Shown here: positions 12,308 to 25,065 of the stretch, piece by piece
Numbering within the stretch: the stretch's first letter is position 1
How the letters are laid out: each line of letters begins with the position of its first letter
Source of the DNA: Anaeramoeba ignava BMAN
Lineage: Eukaryota; Protista; Anaeramoebae
NCBI GenBank assembly: GCA_028826165.1
Contig: JAPDFW010000011.1
Span: 780,101 to 844,100, forward strand
Length of the DNA stretch: 64,000 bases
Reading direction: 5' to 3'
Notes under the pieces: model-generated
Seen by the model: the letters and a program-made list of their open reading frames with translations, nothing else
Database searches by the model: none
Told to the model about the DNA's origin: nothing
Made by a program: the position numbers and the translations under genes

Positions 12308-15017
12308 TTAATAAAAATCTTGAATTTGTCTAAGAATCATTTCAACAAATTCTCCATAAATTAAAGTTTGTCCAATTCGATCTTCACTAAAAAAATGTGA
12401 AATTTTCTTCTCATTTTCTTCTGTTTGTTTAAGAACAATAGGTTTAATTTTTTTTCTTAAATAAAATTGAAGAAATTCAATTAAATTTAATATTTTCTGT
12501 TTAAATTCATGATCTAAATCACTTTTTTTGAAATTAAAAGAAATTGGTTCCAATTCATCAAAATTTTGAACAGAAAAAATTTTCATCAACAAATTGCAAG
12601 AAACAAACTTGCCAATGTATATTATAATTTGTTCCGAATTTGTCATTAAATGAATACAATCTTGTTTAAAATGTTTCTTGGAACTAATTATTCTAGTTTC
12701 ATTTAATGTGGATTCTGTTTCATAAAATTGCCAAATAATTGGATAAAGAAAACAAACAGTTTTTTTTGCATGAGAATGATTTAATCTATTAAAGAAATAA
12801 CTTCTTTCATCATTAGAAATTTTTCCAATTCTGAACATTATATTCTTAATTTTTAAATTTTGATAAATTCGAAATTTAATCATTATTTTTGATTTTTGTT
12901 TTTTTTTGATTTTTTTATGATACTTTTGGTAAACAACTTGTAAATAGTGATAATAACTGTAAATATTTTGGGATATTTTCATGAAAAAAACTTGGTGTGA
13001 TCTTTTTTAAATTTATATTTTTGGAAAATTGTTTAAAAATTTCAATTAAAGATTCTTTCAAAAACCAATTAACTTGAAACATTGGTTGTTTTTGAGCAAT
13101 TAAAATTGCTATTATTTTGTTTTGTTTTGTTTTTTTTTTTTTGAATATAAAATTAATAGAATAAATTGGTTATTAATATAATTCTACCTTTCCTAATCCA
13201 TAAATCACAAATCAAAAGAGGTTCAATTTGATTATAAAGATTAAGAATAGAATTTTCAATTGAAATTTTCTTATTCATGATCCGAATTCTTTTTTCGTTA
13301 TTAAATGAATTATAACTTGGATTTTGATTTTAATTTTAATTTTAATTTTAATTTTAATTTTAATTTTAATTTTACAATAAAATGGCTTGAATATAAACAT
13401 TTGTTGAAATTTTTTCATTAATTTCCATTTCAAATAAAAATGAATGATCCTTTTCAATAAAAGGAATAATAACATAATTATCAGAAGTATCAATAACTTT
13501 TGAGTAATTATTCAGAATCTGAAGAGAATTAGTAAATAAATACAAACGTGCTTGAGTTGCGAATTGATGAAGACTTTTTTTCAAATCATTTCGAAATGAT
13601 TTTTCCCAAATTTCATCTTGAATATCCAAATAACGGAATATTTCTCCTTGTGTATTTTTTGCAATTAACGAAATTGTTGGGATGTCGAAATAATTTGAGG
13701 AAAACAAAAAAAAAGAAACTGAAATATTTGTTAATAAACAATCATATGAGAATTCTTCGTAATTTTTTGATTGCATTGGGTCTGGTTGCAAAAATGTAAC
13801 TTCTTTTTCAGGACCCAAATAAGTATTTTTTGGATAAATACGATCAATTCCATATTTTCCTGATTCAGGTTTTTGTGTAAGAAATAATAATATTTTCCCA
13901 CCATTTACTTTCTGTTTCATTTTTAATTTGAAGTTAAATTGAATTAAATTGAATATAATTCTTGGTTATTTTCAATGATTACTAAAATTTCTAAACTTGA
14001 TTCCAAAGCAAATGCAAAAGGAGATGCATTTTGATTAATATTAATATGATTATTATTATTATTATTGAGTATTTGATCCACAAAATTATCAAACATTTTC
14101 ATAATATTTTGTTCGCATTCTTGAATATTAAATAAAAGATCATCACCATTTATTGGGCAAAAAGTCTCGGATAAATCTCGAGCAACACACACTTTTGGTT
14201 GATTTAGTTTACTTGATAAATTGTAAAAACAAACAGAGTTATAATCAAAGGTGACGAATCCAATTCTTGTGTTATCAGTTTTAAAAATTTGTTTATTTTG
14301 CAATATTTTGAATAAATTTTGTGATAAGATTGATACAATTTTTTGTGATACAGATTTTTTAGTAAAATCAATAACAAAAAGATAATTAAACTGATTTTTT
14401 AAGTTTTTTGAATTTTTAAATTCATCGTTATTTGATTCATTGTTTATAAAAGAATCGATAACTTGATTCTGATATTCAGGTCTATTTTTAAGTGAACCAA
14501 ATATATATTCAGGTTGATTTAAGTGATTTTTATATTGGCATATATTACATTTCCAATCAGAAAACCCATCAATTATAGAAAATGGATTTAAAAAAGATCC
14601 ACAATTTTGACATTTTTTAAGATCATTATTTTCATTTATATTTTCATTTGAAGAAACATTTATGATTTTAATTTCTTCATCTAAATTTTTCTAAAAAGAA
14701 AATAAATGATTAAATTTGTTTTTTTTATTTTAATTAAATCAATTACATCATTATTTCCAAAAGGATTTATAGAAATAATAAGTGGTATTTTAATATTTTT
14801 TAATAATTTTTGTGTTGAAGGAATTTTTTGAAATGAACATTCAATAAAATTAGTTTTAAATGAAGAAATATTTTGATATTCAATTGGATGAACAATTTTT
14901 TTTTTGTATTTTTGAATTGCTTTAAAAAAAATAATCAAAAATTAAAAATTAATAAATAATTAAATTAGATTAAAGAAATTAAATTAATTTTAAATTACTT
15001 ATTTGATAATTTTTCAT
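12308..15017 (-). CDS. SEC24: Divergent Sec24-like COPII coat subunit (about 7 exons; short N-terminus)
   Basis: SFQKIPSTQKLLKNIKIPLIISINPF; zinc finger CQNCGSFLNPFSIIDGFSDWKCNIC; YLFVIDFT; TRIGFVTFD..FYNLSSKLNQPK; GGKILLF; YIQAILFYNSFNNEKRIRI; gelsolin-like C-terminus. GT-AG introns join the ORFs. ATG at 15017 is inferred from a 19-nt first exon. Confidence 0.8.
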
Positions 15018-15254
15018 TTTGTTTTTTTTTTTAATTTTTTTAAATTGTTTTTGTTTTTTTTTAATTTTTTTAAATTGTTTTTGTTTTCTGGCAATTAAAG
15101 AAAAAAAAAGAAAAGAAAAATTAAAAAAAATTTTTTTAAATTTCAATTTTTCATTTTTTTTTCATTTTTTTTTTAATTTTAAATTTTTAAATTTTTTCAT
15201 TTTTTTTTTTTGCATCATTTTAAACTACAAAAAAACAAAACAAACAGCTTTACA

Positions 15255-18085
15255 ATGTCATTTGGATGGAAAGTTACACAAGTATTTGGGGATAATTCAT
15301 CACCAGGACCAGTTAATGATTGTGATATTATTTCTGCACTTGAATTTGACACTACTGGCGAATATATTGCAGTTGGAGATAGAGGAGGACGTGTAGTTCT
15401 TTTCCAAAGAGAATCTCCACCAAAATATACTGATGTATTATTGAATAATTCAATAACAAAAAATTATATTTAAATGGGATTAAAAAGTAATTGAATTTTT
15501 TTTTTTTAATTTTTTTAATTTTTTTTTTTGTTTAGGAAATTGAAACTAATAATTCCCGTTTAAGAGGTTTTAAATTTTATAATGAATTTCAAAGTCATGA
15601 ATCTGAATTTGATTATTTAAAAAGCAATGAAATTGAAGAGAAAATTAATTCAATTAAATGGTTAAAACCAAGAAATAATGCAAATTTTTTACTTTCTACA
15701 AATGGTAATTTTTTAAATGAATTTTGATTTTAATTTTATAAATGAATTTTGATTTTGATTTTAATTTTAATATTAATTTTAATTTTGATTTTAATTTTAA
15801 TTTTAAATTTAATATTAATTTTAATTTTAATTTTATAAATGAATTTTGATTTTGATTTTAATTTTAATATTAATTTTAATTTTAATTTTATAAATGAATT
15901 TTAAATTTAATTTTAATTTTAATTTTAATTTTATAAATGAATTTTAATTTTAATTTTAATTTTAATTTTAATTTTAATTTTAATTTTAATTTTAATTTTA
16001 ATTTTAATTTTAATTTTAATTTTAATTTTAATTTTAATTTTAATTTTAATTTTAATTTTAATTTTAATTTTGAATTTTAATTTTAATTTTATTTAGATAA
16101 AACAATTAAACTTTGGAAAATTTATGAAAAGGATACTTTTATTGATAATGAATCTGCATTAAATTTTCAAGAAATTTCATCTCCATCATTTCTTAGAATT
16201 CCAAAAATTTCAAAACAAAAACCAACACCTTCAATTCATTTAAGAAGAGTATATTCACATGCCCATGTTTATGATATTAATTCTATTTCTGTTAATCCTG
16301 ATCAAGAAACTTTTTTGTCTTCTGATGGTCTTCGAATTAATCTTTGGAATCTTGAACTTACAAAAAATGCATTTAGTAAAATTTAATTTCATTTCAATAT
16401 TTAATTTCATTTTAATATTTAATTTCATTTTAATATTTAATTTCATTTTAATATTTAATTTCAATATTTAATTTCATTTCAATATTTAATTTAATTTCAA
16501 TATTTAATTTCAAAATTTAATTTCATTTCAATATTTAATTTCATTTTAATATTTAATTTCAATTTAATATTTAATTTCATTTCAATATTTAATTTCATTT
16601 CAATATTTAATTTCATTTTAATATTTAATTTCATTTTAATATTTAATTTCATTTCAATATTTAATTTCAATATTTTAATATTTAATTTCATTTCAATATT
16701 TAATTTAATTTTAATAATTTAATTTAATTTTAATTTTAAAAAAATTTAATTTTTCATTTTTAATATTTATTTTTTAATATTTAATTTTAATATTTAATTT
16801 CATTTTAATATTTAATTTCAATATTTAATATTTCATTTCATTTCAATATTTAATTTCATTTTAATATTTAATTTAATTCAATATTTAATTTAATTTTAAT
16901 ATTTAAATTAATTTTAAAATTTCTTAGATATTGTTGATATGAAGCCTGAAGATTTAGAAGATTTAACAGAAGTTATTACAGATGCTAAATTTCATCCTAA
17001 TAATTGTGGTTTGTTTTGTTATTCAACTTCTAAAGGAGTTATTAGATTAGGAGATTTAAGAGTATCAAAAACTTCCACTGATTCATCGAAAAGTATTTAA
17101 AAATTAAAATTAAAATTAAAATTAAAAATTAAAATTAAAATAAAAATTAAAATTAAAATTAGTTTTCCATTATGAAGACAATGAAAGTAATTCTTTCTTT
17201 TCAGAAGTTATCAATAGCATATCAGATATTCAATTCTCATTTGACGGGCGTTATGTTGTTTCTCGAGATTTTATGTCTTTAAAAGTAAAATTAGAGAAAA
17301 TAATATTATATTTTTTCAATTAATTTATTTTTTTCTTTAGGTTTGGGATTTGAATATGGAATCAAAACCTGTTGCTATTTTTCATGTTCATGAATTTTTA
17401 ACACCAAAATTTGGATATCTTTATGAAAATGATTATATTATTGATAAATTTGAATGTTCATTTTCACATGATGGAGAGTAAAATATTCAAGTTTTAAAAT
17501 TAAAATTAAAATTAAAATTAAAATTAAAATTAAAATTAAAATCAAAATTCATTTATAAAATTAAAATTATAATTAAAATTCATTTTGAAATTAAAATCAA
17601 AAATTAAAATTAAAATTAAAATTATAATTAAAATTAAAATAAAATTAAAATTAAAATTAAAATTAAAATTAAAATTAAAATTAAAATTAAAATTAAAATT
17701 AAAATTAAAATTAAAATTTAAAATTAAAATTAAAATTAAAATTAAAATTAAAATTCATTTATAAAATTAAAATTATAATTGTTGATATAAAATTATCAGA
17801 CATTTAATAACTGGTTCTTATGGAAATCACTTTTATATCATTGATTGGAAACGAGAAAAAGCAATACTTGTAAATGCTTCACAAAATCCACATTTGAATC
17901 AACAATATTTTGATGCAATTACACCAACAAATAAAAATTCACCAACAACAAGCGCATTAGAATATAACATTCAAAAGGTTGATTATTCAAGAAAAGTTTT
18001 AGCAGTTGGTTGGAATCCGAAAGAACCTATAATTACTTTCGGTGCAACAAACATTTTATACTTGTATGCGGGAAAACCTCTTTAA
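15255..18085 (+). CDS. PPP2R2: PP2A regulatory subunit B (B55/PR55/Cdc55), WD40; exons 15255-15434, 15536-15704, 16097-16375, 16928-17092, 17163-17284, 17341-17477, 17800-18085
   Basis: [29 protein letters not shown]; [22 protein letters not shown]; [11 protein letters not shown]; [41 protein letters not shown]; [13 protein letters not shown]. Confidence 0.95.
15705..16096. repeat. (TTTTAA)n-filled intron 2 of B55
   Basis: Long perfect TTTTAA run, with embedded AATTTTATAAATGAATT copies. Confidence 0.9.
16380..16920. repeat. ~21-bp repeat TTTAATTTCATTT(T/C)AATA in B55 intron 3
   Basis: Tandem copies. They produce the spurious MKLNIE ORFs. Confidence 0.88.
17495..17780. repeat. (AAAATT)n-filled intron 6 of B55
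   Basis: Tandem hexamers, the reverse complement of the intron 2 repeat. Confidence 0.9.
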
Positions 18086-18263
18086 AATAATAAACAAAAA
18101 AAAAAGATAAAATAAATCTTTTTTTTTTTATAAGCAATCATCAAAATTCTTTCTTTCTTTTTTACATTTTTTTTTCTTTAAAAAAAATAAAATTTCTCAA
18201 TTAAATTCTCTTTTATTTTTTATTTTTTTTTTTTTTAATAAAATGAAAATAAAAATTTTAATT

Positions 18264-20009
18264 TTAAAAATCCAAAAGTGAATTTTGTGATTGAAGTCCA
18301 CATTTTCCTCCTTTTTTTGGATCAAATGAATAAGTAAGTACTTTTCCTTCACCAGAAATAAGAACAAAAGAAGTTTCATCAATAATTTTTGATTCAACAG
18401 AATTTTGTTCATTTTTAATAGTTAAATCTTGGTTTAAATCTTGAATTAAATCTTGAATTGGGATTTGATTTGAATTTTGATTTTGATTTTGATTTTGATT
18501 TTGATTTTGATTTTGATTTTGATTTTGGTTTTGATTTTGATTTTGATTTTGATTTTGATTTTGGTTTTGATTTTGATTTTGATTTGAATTTTGATTTTGA
18601 TTTGAATTTTGATTTTGATTTTGATTTTGAATTTGATTTGAATTTTGATTTGAATTTTGATTTGAATTTTGATTTTGAATTTTGATTTTAAATTTTCATC
18701 ATGAATAAAAGCACAAATATAAGGAGAATTACGATCAATAGTTGCATGAGCAAAAGCTCTTCCAAAATCCAATTTTTCAGAAATTAACGAATTAAGTTCA
18801 AGTTTATTTTTCTTTTCTTTTTTAGGAATTTTAAAGACATGAACAGTTTCTCTATTGCTTGTTAAACATAAATAAGAACTTTGTGATGAAAAAGCAATAC
18901 TATAAATTTTAGCATTTGTAGTTCCTCGACGGAACTTAAATTTTCTTTTGCCCAAATTATTTGTTTCAAAAACACGAACAATGGTTCCTTTTTCAGATGT
19001 TGTTGCCAATAAGGTACCTTGTTTATTAAATGCAAATGCAGATATTCCTGATTTATGGCAAATTAATGATTGAAATTCTTTATTATTTTGTGTGTCATAA
19101 AGTTGAATATTTCCTGGATTTTTTGGATCAGGAAAAGCTAAGTATTCGTTTTCATATGCTATTTCACACAATCCTTTTGGATTTTCAACATCAAATATTT
19201 TTAATAACTCTAATTTTGGAATGCTATAAATATATGTTTTTTTAGCTGTCACTATTACTAATTTTGTTCTGCTTTTTTTCAATGCTGTTATGTTGTGAAT
19301 AACTGTTAAATTACTTAGTTTTTTATTTTTTAAATAATTATAAAAGAATAACACTCTTGGTGATAATTCTGGTTGTTCTCCAGCTCCCTAATTTTAATTT
19401 TAATATTATAATGAATTTTAATTTCAAAATAAATTTTAATTTTAATTTTCAATTTTAATTTTAATTTTAATTTTAATTTTAATTTTAATTTTAATTTAAA
19501 TTTAAATTTTAATTTTGATTTTAATTTAAATTTTAATTTAAATTTTAATTTTAATTTCAAAATGAATTTTGATTTTTATTTTAATTTTAATTTTAATTTT
19601 AATTTTTATTTTAATTTTAATTTTAATTTTAATTTCAAAATGAATTTTAATTTCAAAATAAATTTTAATTTTATAATGAATTTTAATTTTAATTTTAATT
19701 TCAATTTCAATTTTAATTTTAATTTTAATTTTAATTTTATAATGAATTTTAATTTTAATTTACAACAAAAGTCACAAATTTATTATTAATTAATTCTACA
19801 ATACCAACATTCTGAATTTTAATATTCTAGTTTATTTATTTTAATTTTATTTTATTATTTTTTAATAATTAATTTTATTTTTTAATTTATACATAAACTT
19901 GTGCACCAGTTTTTGTTCCAACCATAATTCTTGAATAAATTGGATCAATACTTAAATAAAGAATATTTGCATTAATTTTTTTTTTCCTTTGAAATTGTCG
20001 AAGATTCAT
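18264..20009 (-). CDS. ATG18: PROPPIN (Atg18/WIPI family) WD40 protein; exons 20009-19893 (or 19899), 19826-19764, 19387-18264, with an apparent frameshift near 18680
   Basis: VGAGEQPELSPR; CHKSGISAFAFNKQGTLLATTSEKGTIVRVF; FRRG phosphoinositide motif; LTSNRETVHVFK. The C-terminus SFVLISGEGKVLTYSFDPKKGGKCGLQSQNSLLDF* lies in a different frame after an N/Q tract. Confidence 0.88.
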
Positions 20010-20057
20010 TTTGAATTAAAAAAAAATGAAAAAAAAAATGAAAAATATTTTTTCCGA

Positions 20058-20635
20058 ATTTTAATTTTTAATTTTGATTTTAATTTTTGATTTTAATTTC
20101 AATTTTAATTTTAATTTTGATTTTAATTTCAATTTATTTTCGAATTTTAATTTTTAATTTTGATTTTTAATTTTTGATTTTAATTTCAATTTTAATTTTA
20201 ATTTTTGATTTTAATTTCAATTTAATTTTCGAATTTGATTTTAATTTTAATTTCAATTTTAATTTTGATTTTTAATTTTAATTTTAATTTTAATTTTAAT
20301 TTTAATTTTAATTTTAATTTTTCCATTTTAATTTTAATTTTAATTTTAATTTTTGATTTAAATTTTTTAATTTTATTTTTTAATTTTAATTTTTAATTTT
20401 GATTTTAATTTTTGATTTTAATTTCAATTTAATTTTCAATTTTGATTTTAATTTTAATTTTAATTTTAATTTTAATTTTAATTTTAATTTTAATTTTAAT
20501 TTTAATTTTTGAATTTTAATTTTAATTTTTAATTTTAATTTTAATTTTGATTTTAATTTTAAATTTTAATTTTAATTTTAGTTTTAGATTTTAATTTTAA
20601 TTTTAATTTTTAATTTTAATTTTAATTTTAATTTT
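20058..20635. repeat. Intergenic (TTTTAA/TTTTGA)n tract between ATG18 and the SLC12 array
   Basis: Degenerate tandem hexamers. Confidence 0.88.
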
Positions 20636-21063
20636 TTTTTTCTCTTTTTTTGTTTTTTTTAATTTTTTTTTTTCCACTTTTTGTTTGCTTGTTGAAATAA
20701 TAAAGGAAAAATTTTTTTATTTGTTTTTTTTTTTCTTTATTTCTTTTATTAATTTTCTTTATTGAAATAAATAGGGATTTGTATTCGTCATTCTATTTTT
20801 TTTTAATTAAAATTTATTATTTATAATTTATTTTTGTTTTTGGGTTTTTTTTTTTTCTTTTTTGGGATTTTGTATTTAGTTGAGTTTATTATTGATTGAA
20901 TTTATTGATTTTATTGAATTTCCTTCTTCTGAATTTTTAATCCCAAAATAAACCTAAAGATCTAAAATCATTTCACATTTTACCGATTTTTTTTTTTTAC
21001 TTTTTTTTTTACTTTTTTCTTTCTTTATTTTTAATATAATTGATTAAAAATTTCCTTTTAGAA

Positions 21064-24000
21064 ATGGAAACTGAAACAGAAAACGAAAACCAAACAAATA
21101 CCAATTTATATCGAAAAAAACAAAAAGATGCTAAACTAGAATTAGAAACAGATCCTTTAATGAAAAAAAGAATTCCAACAAAAAATAAATTGAAAACATT
21201 TGGAGGAGTTTACTCTCCAGTTTTAGAATGTATTATCAGTTTGATTTTCTTTCTTAGATTTGGTTGGATTTTAGGCGAAGCAGGTTATTTAGAAATGATT
21301 GGGATGTATTTATTTGCAATGGTATCTGTTACATTCACTGTCTTATCAATTTCTGCAATAGCTACAAATGGAAAGATGGGAATTGGTGGAGCTTATTGTA
21401 ATTAATTAATCATTTCTTATTATTATTTTTATCATTTTTTATATAATCGATATTTCCTTATAGTATTTTAAATAATATTTATTATTATTAATTATTATTT
21501 TTGGGATTTTTTTTTTGATTCATAAGTCTTGATTTAAAATTTATTAAAATTGAATTATCCAAAAAAAAAAGCAAATCACAAAAATACAAAACTATATCAA
21601 AAAACAAAAATTTTTTTTTAACATTTATTAATCTAAAATTTAAAAAAAATAAAAATGTAAATAAGATATGGTAAGTAGATCACTTGGACCTGAATTTGGA
21701 TCTGCTATTGGAATTGTTTTTAGTCTTGCTAATATATTCACTTGTGCCTTGCATATTTTTGGATTCAATGATGTACTTATGGATTTATTAGGATGGGATC
21801 CTTCAAACTACAAACTTGTTTTATTAGTTTCAACGATTATTCTTTTTGTGACTTTGTGCTTAATCTTAATTGGTGCTGAAACATTTTCAAAAGCAACAAT
21901 ATTTTTATTGGTTCCTTTAACAGTATCAGTTTCAATTTCTATGATTAGTCTTTTTTTCAGGAAGCCTCATTCTGCCCATGGTTATTCAGGTTGGAGCTTA
22001 AAAACGTTCAGAAAAAACACATTTCCAGATTATGTTCCAGATCCACTGCATTCAATGAAAACAATTGATTTTAGAACCACGCTTGGTGTTTTTTACCCAG
22101 CTTTAACAGGTATTTGTTTTATTTTAATATAAATTGAAATTGAAATTAAAATTAAAATTAATCTTTATTAATATTAAAAGGAATATTGACAGGTGCAAAT
22201 ATGAGTGGAGATTTAAAAAATCCAGGAAAAAGTATTCCAAAAGGAACTTTATTAGCACTTTTAACAGCAGCAATATATTACTTTGTTTTAATAACAACAT
22301 TTGCTTTCACAGTAGAGAGATCAGAACTTCAACAAAACTATTTCATTCTATGTACTGCTTGTTTGGTCCCATATATTGTTCATATTGGGATGCTTTCAGT
22401 TACATTTTCATCAGCACTTGGTGCATTGATAGCAGCCTCAAGAATCATTCAATCACTTGCAGCAGATAACTTCATCCCAATTTTATCATTTCTCAAAAAA
22501 GGTTCAATCAAAGGAAATGAACCAAGAAGAGCTGTAATTTTTGGATGGATTATTGCTCAATTATTGTTATTTATGGGAAATATTAACGCTATTGCACCTT
22601 ATACTTCTCAATTTTTTCTTGCAACTTATGGAATTATCAATTTTGCTTGTTTTATTCATCATGCGTTAGGTGCTCCAAATTTTAGACCAATGTTTGAGAA
22701 ATTCAATTCAATTACTGCATTGATTGGAACAATAACATGTTTTGCAGGAATGTTTTTTGTTGGATATGTTACGTAATTCAAAAAAGAAAAAATTAAAATT
22801 AAATCAAATTAAAATTTAAATTAAACATAAATTAGAGCTATTGTTGCACTTGTTGTTCTTGCATTAGTTTTTATTTATATTAATTATAAAGGAACTCCAT
22901 CACCTTGGGGATATGTTTCTCAATCTTTAATATTTCATCAAGTTAGGAAATATATGCTTAAAATGGATATGAAAAAAGAACATATTAAATTTTGGAGACC
23001 TCAAGTACTTTTAATAACCGATCAACCTCAGCTGTCACTTCCTTTACTTGATTTTATAAATAATCTTAAAAAAGGAGGTCTTTATATTATTGGAAATATT
23101 TTTCATAGTAATTTTAATGAAGATCAAGCAATCCAAAAATTGGAAGAAAGAAGATTATCTCTTTATGAAGTTATCAAATTAACCAAAATCAAAGCATTTC
23201 CTCAAGTTTTATTTTCTAAAACTTTTAGAAAAGGAGCACAAAGTTTAATGCTTAGTTCAGGAATTGGAGAAATGAAACCAAATACAATAATACTTGATAT
23301 TCCAAATTCTTCTACTTTGATTGAAGATATTAATTTAATCAATTCAAATGAAATTGATATAAATGATATTGAAAACAATCCTCAAAAAAGAAAAAACAAA
23401 AAAATCAAATCTAAAAATAAATCTATCAAAAAAAAATTAACTAAAAAAGAAAAAAAACAAATTCATGTTCAATCTCAATTCGATAAGCTTATTGAAACAC
23501 TCGGAAAATCTGATGGAAGGCAAGAAGATGAATCAATTAATTATTATTATTATTCAATGATTGATGCTAAAAAAATTGGAATGAATATTATTCTTACATC
23601 AAATTTCAACAAATTAGATAAAAATGAAATTGTTAAATTTTCCGAAAAAGAAACAAGGCAAAAAAACAATTGATATTTGGTTATTAAATTTTCCACATTC
23701 AGGATTTTTCAATCAAATTTCCCAAAATTATGAACAAGATGATGATATTATTGATCAATTAAGCGATTCAACATCAATTTCATTATTATTTGGATATATA
23801 ATTCATCAAACAGATATTTGGAAAAAACATACAACAATAAGATTATTAACATTTGCACAAAATGAAGGAATGAAATTAGAAACCAAAAAATTTTTAGAAT
23901 TTATTTTATTTTCATTAAGAATAAGAGCAAAGGTTGAAGTTATTATTCCAGAAAATGAAACAAAAGAATTATTTCCAGAAGATGAACAAAGTGAAGGAAA

Positions 24001-24384
24001 CAATAATAACAACAATGAAAACAACAATGAAAACAATAACAATGAAAACAATAACAATGAAAACAATAAGAAAAACAACAAGAAAAAATAATAAGAAAAA
24101 CAACCAATATCAAAGTATATTTGAAAATGAGAATGATAATGAATTTGAAAGTACAATTGAGAATCAACAAAAAGATTTTTCTCAAAAATATTTCTCGAGA
24201 AAACTTAAGTAATGAAAAAATTAATGAATTAATTTTAGAAGAAAGTAAAGAAACTTGTTTGATATTTATTCCTATTGAAGAAGTTATACCAGAAATTATC
24301 AAAGAAGTTCAAATAATATCAAATAATCTTCCTCCAATTACTTTCTTTCATGCTTCAACAAAAGTTGTTACAAATGAAATTTAA
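21064..24384 (+). CDS. Cation-chloride cotransporter, SLC12A9/Vhc1-like, copy 1; exons 21064-21397, 21666-22109, 22181-22772, 22836-24384; frameshifted at ~23643 and ~24080-24200
   Basis: LSISAIATNG..GGAY|YMVSRSLGPEFG; FYPALTG|ILTGANMSGDLKNPGKSIPKGTL; WGYVSQSLIFHQVRKY; EHIKFWRPQ. The last exon is broken across three frames, so this is either a pseudogene or an assembly error. Confidence 0.85.
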
Positions 24385-24592
24385 AAATCATCAATAACAA
24401 AAACAACATCACCTCTTTTTTTTTTTACTAAAAATTAAATTAGGGTTTTTTTTCAATTTGAATTTTCTTTTTAGATTTTTTCAATTTTTTTTTTTGATTA
24501 GAAAAATTTTCTTCTTTTTTTCTTTTTCTAATTAAATAATCAATAAAACTCAATAATAACAAAATTATATTCTTTCTCTTTTTGTATTCTTA

Positions 24593-24605
24593 TATTCGTC
24601 ATTCT
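24593..24605 (+). promoter_or_regulatory. Conserved upstream motif TATTCGTCATTCT (also at 20782, 28766, 33309) containing a CRE-type half site
   Basis: An identical 13-mer lies upstream of SLC12 copies 1-4. Function is inferred only. Confidence 0.35.
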
Positions 24606-25065
24606 TTCTTTTTATTTAATTTAATAAATATAAATCTTGAAATTATTGAGATATTTTGAGGAAGTAATTTTTCTGTTTGTTTGATTTTTGTTTATCAAAA
24701 AAAAAATCATTTTTTTCATTCTTCTCTTTCTTTCTCTTTTCCTCATAAAACAAAAACAAACATAAAAAATAATCAATATGAAATCAAGAAAGTGAATAAA
24801 CATCAATAATGATAATAATAATGTTGATATTGTTGTTTTTAAAAGAAATTTTTTAAAATCAAATCTTTTTTTAAAAACAAACAAAAAAAAAAAAAAAACA
24901 ACGATCTCAAAAATTAGGGAAAAAAAATAAAAAAAATTAGGGAAAAAAAATTAAATAAAAAAAAAAAACCAATAAAAAATTTCAATTATAGACCTTTCGA
25001 CACCACTTAATAAATCAAAAAAAAAAAAGAAAGGAAGAAAAAGAAAACAATCATTTTTCAAATCA

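Noticed and set aside
24621-24884. Duplicated minus-strand ORF (also 28794-29081)
   Set aside because: It has a non-ATG start and low-complexity composition. The similarity is explained by duplication of the SLC12 intergenic spacer.
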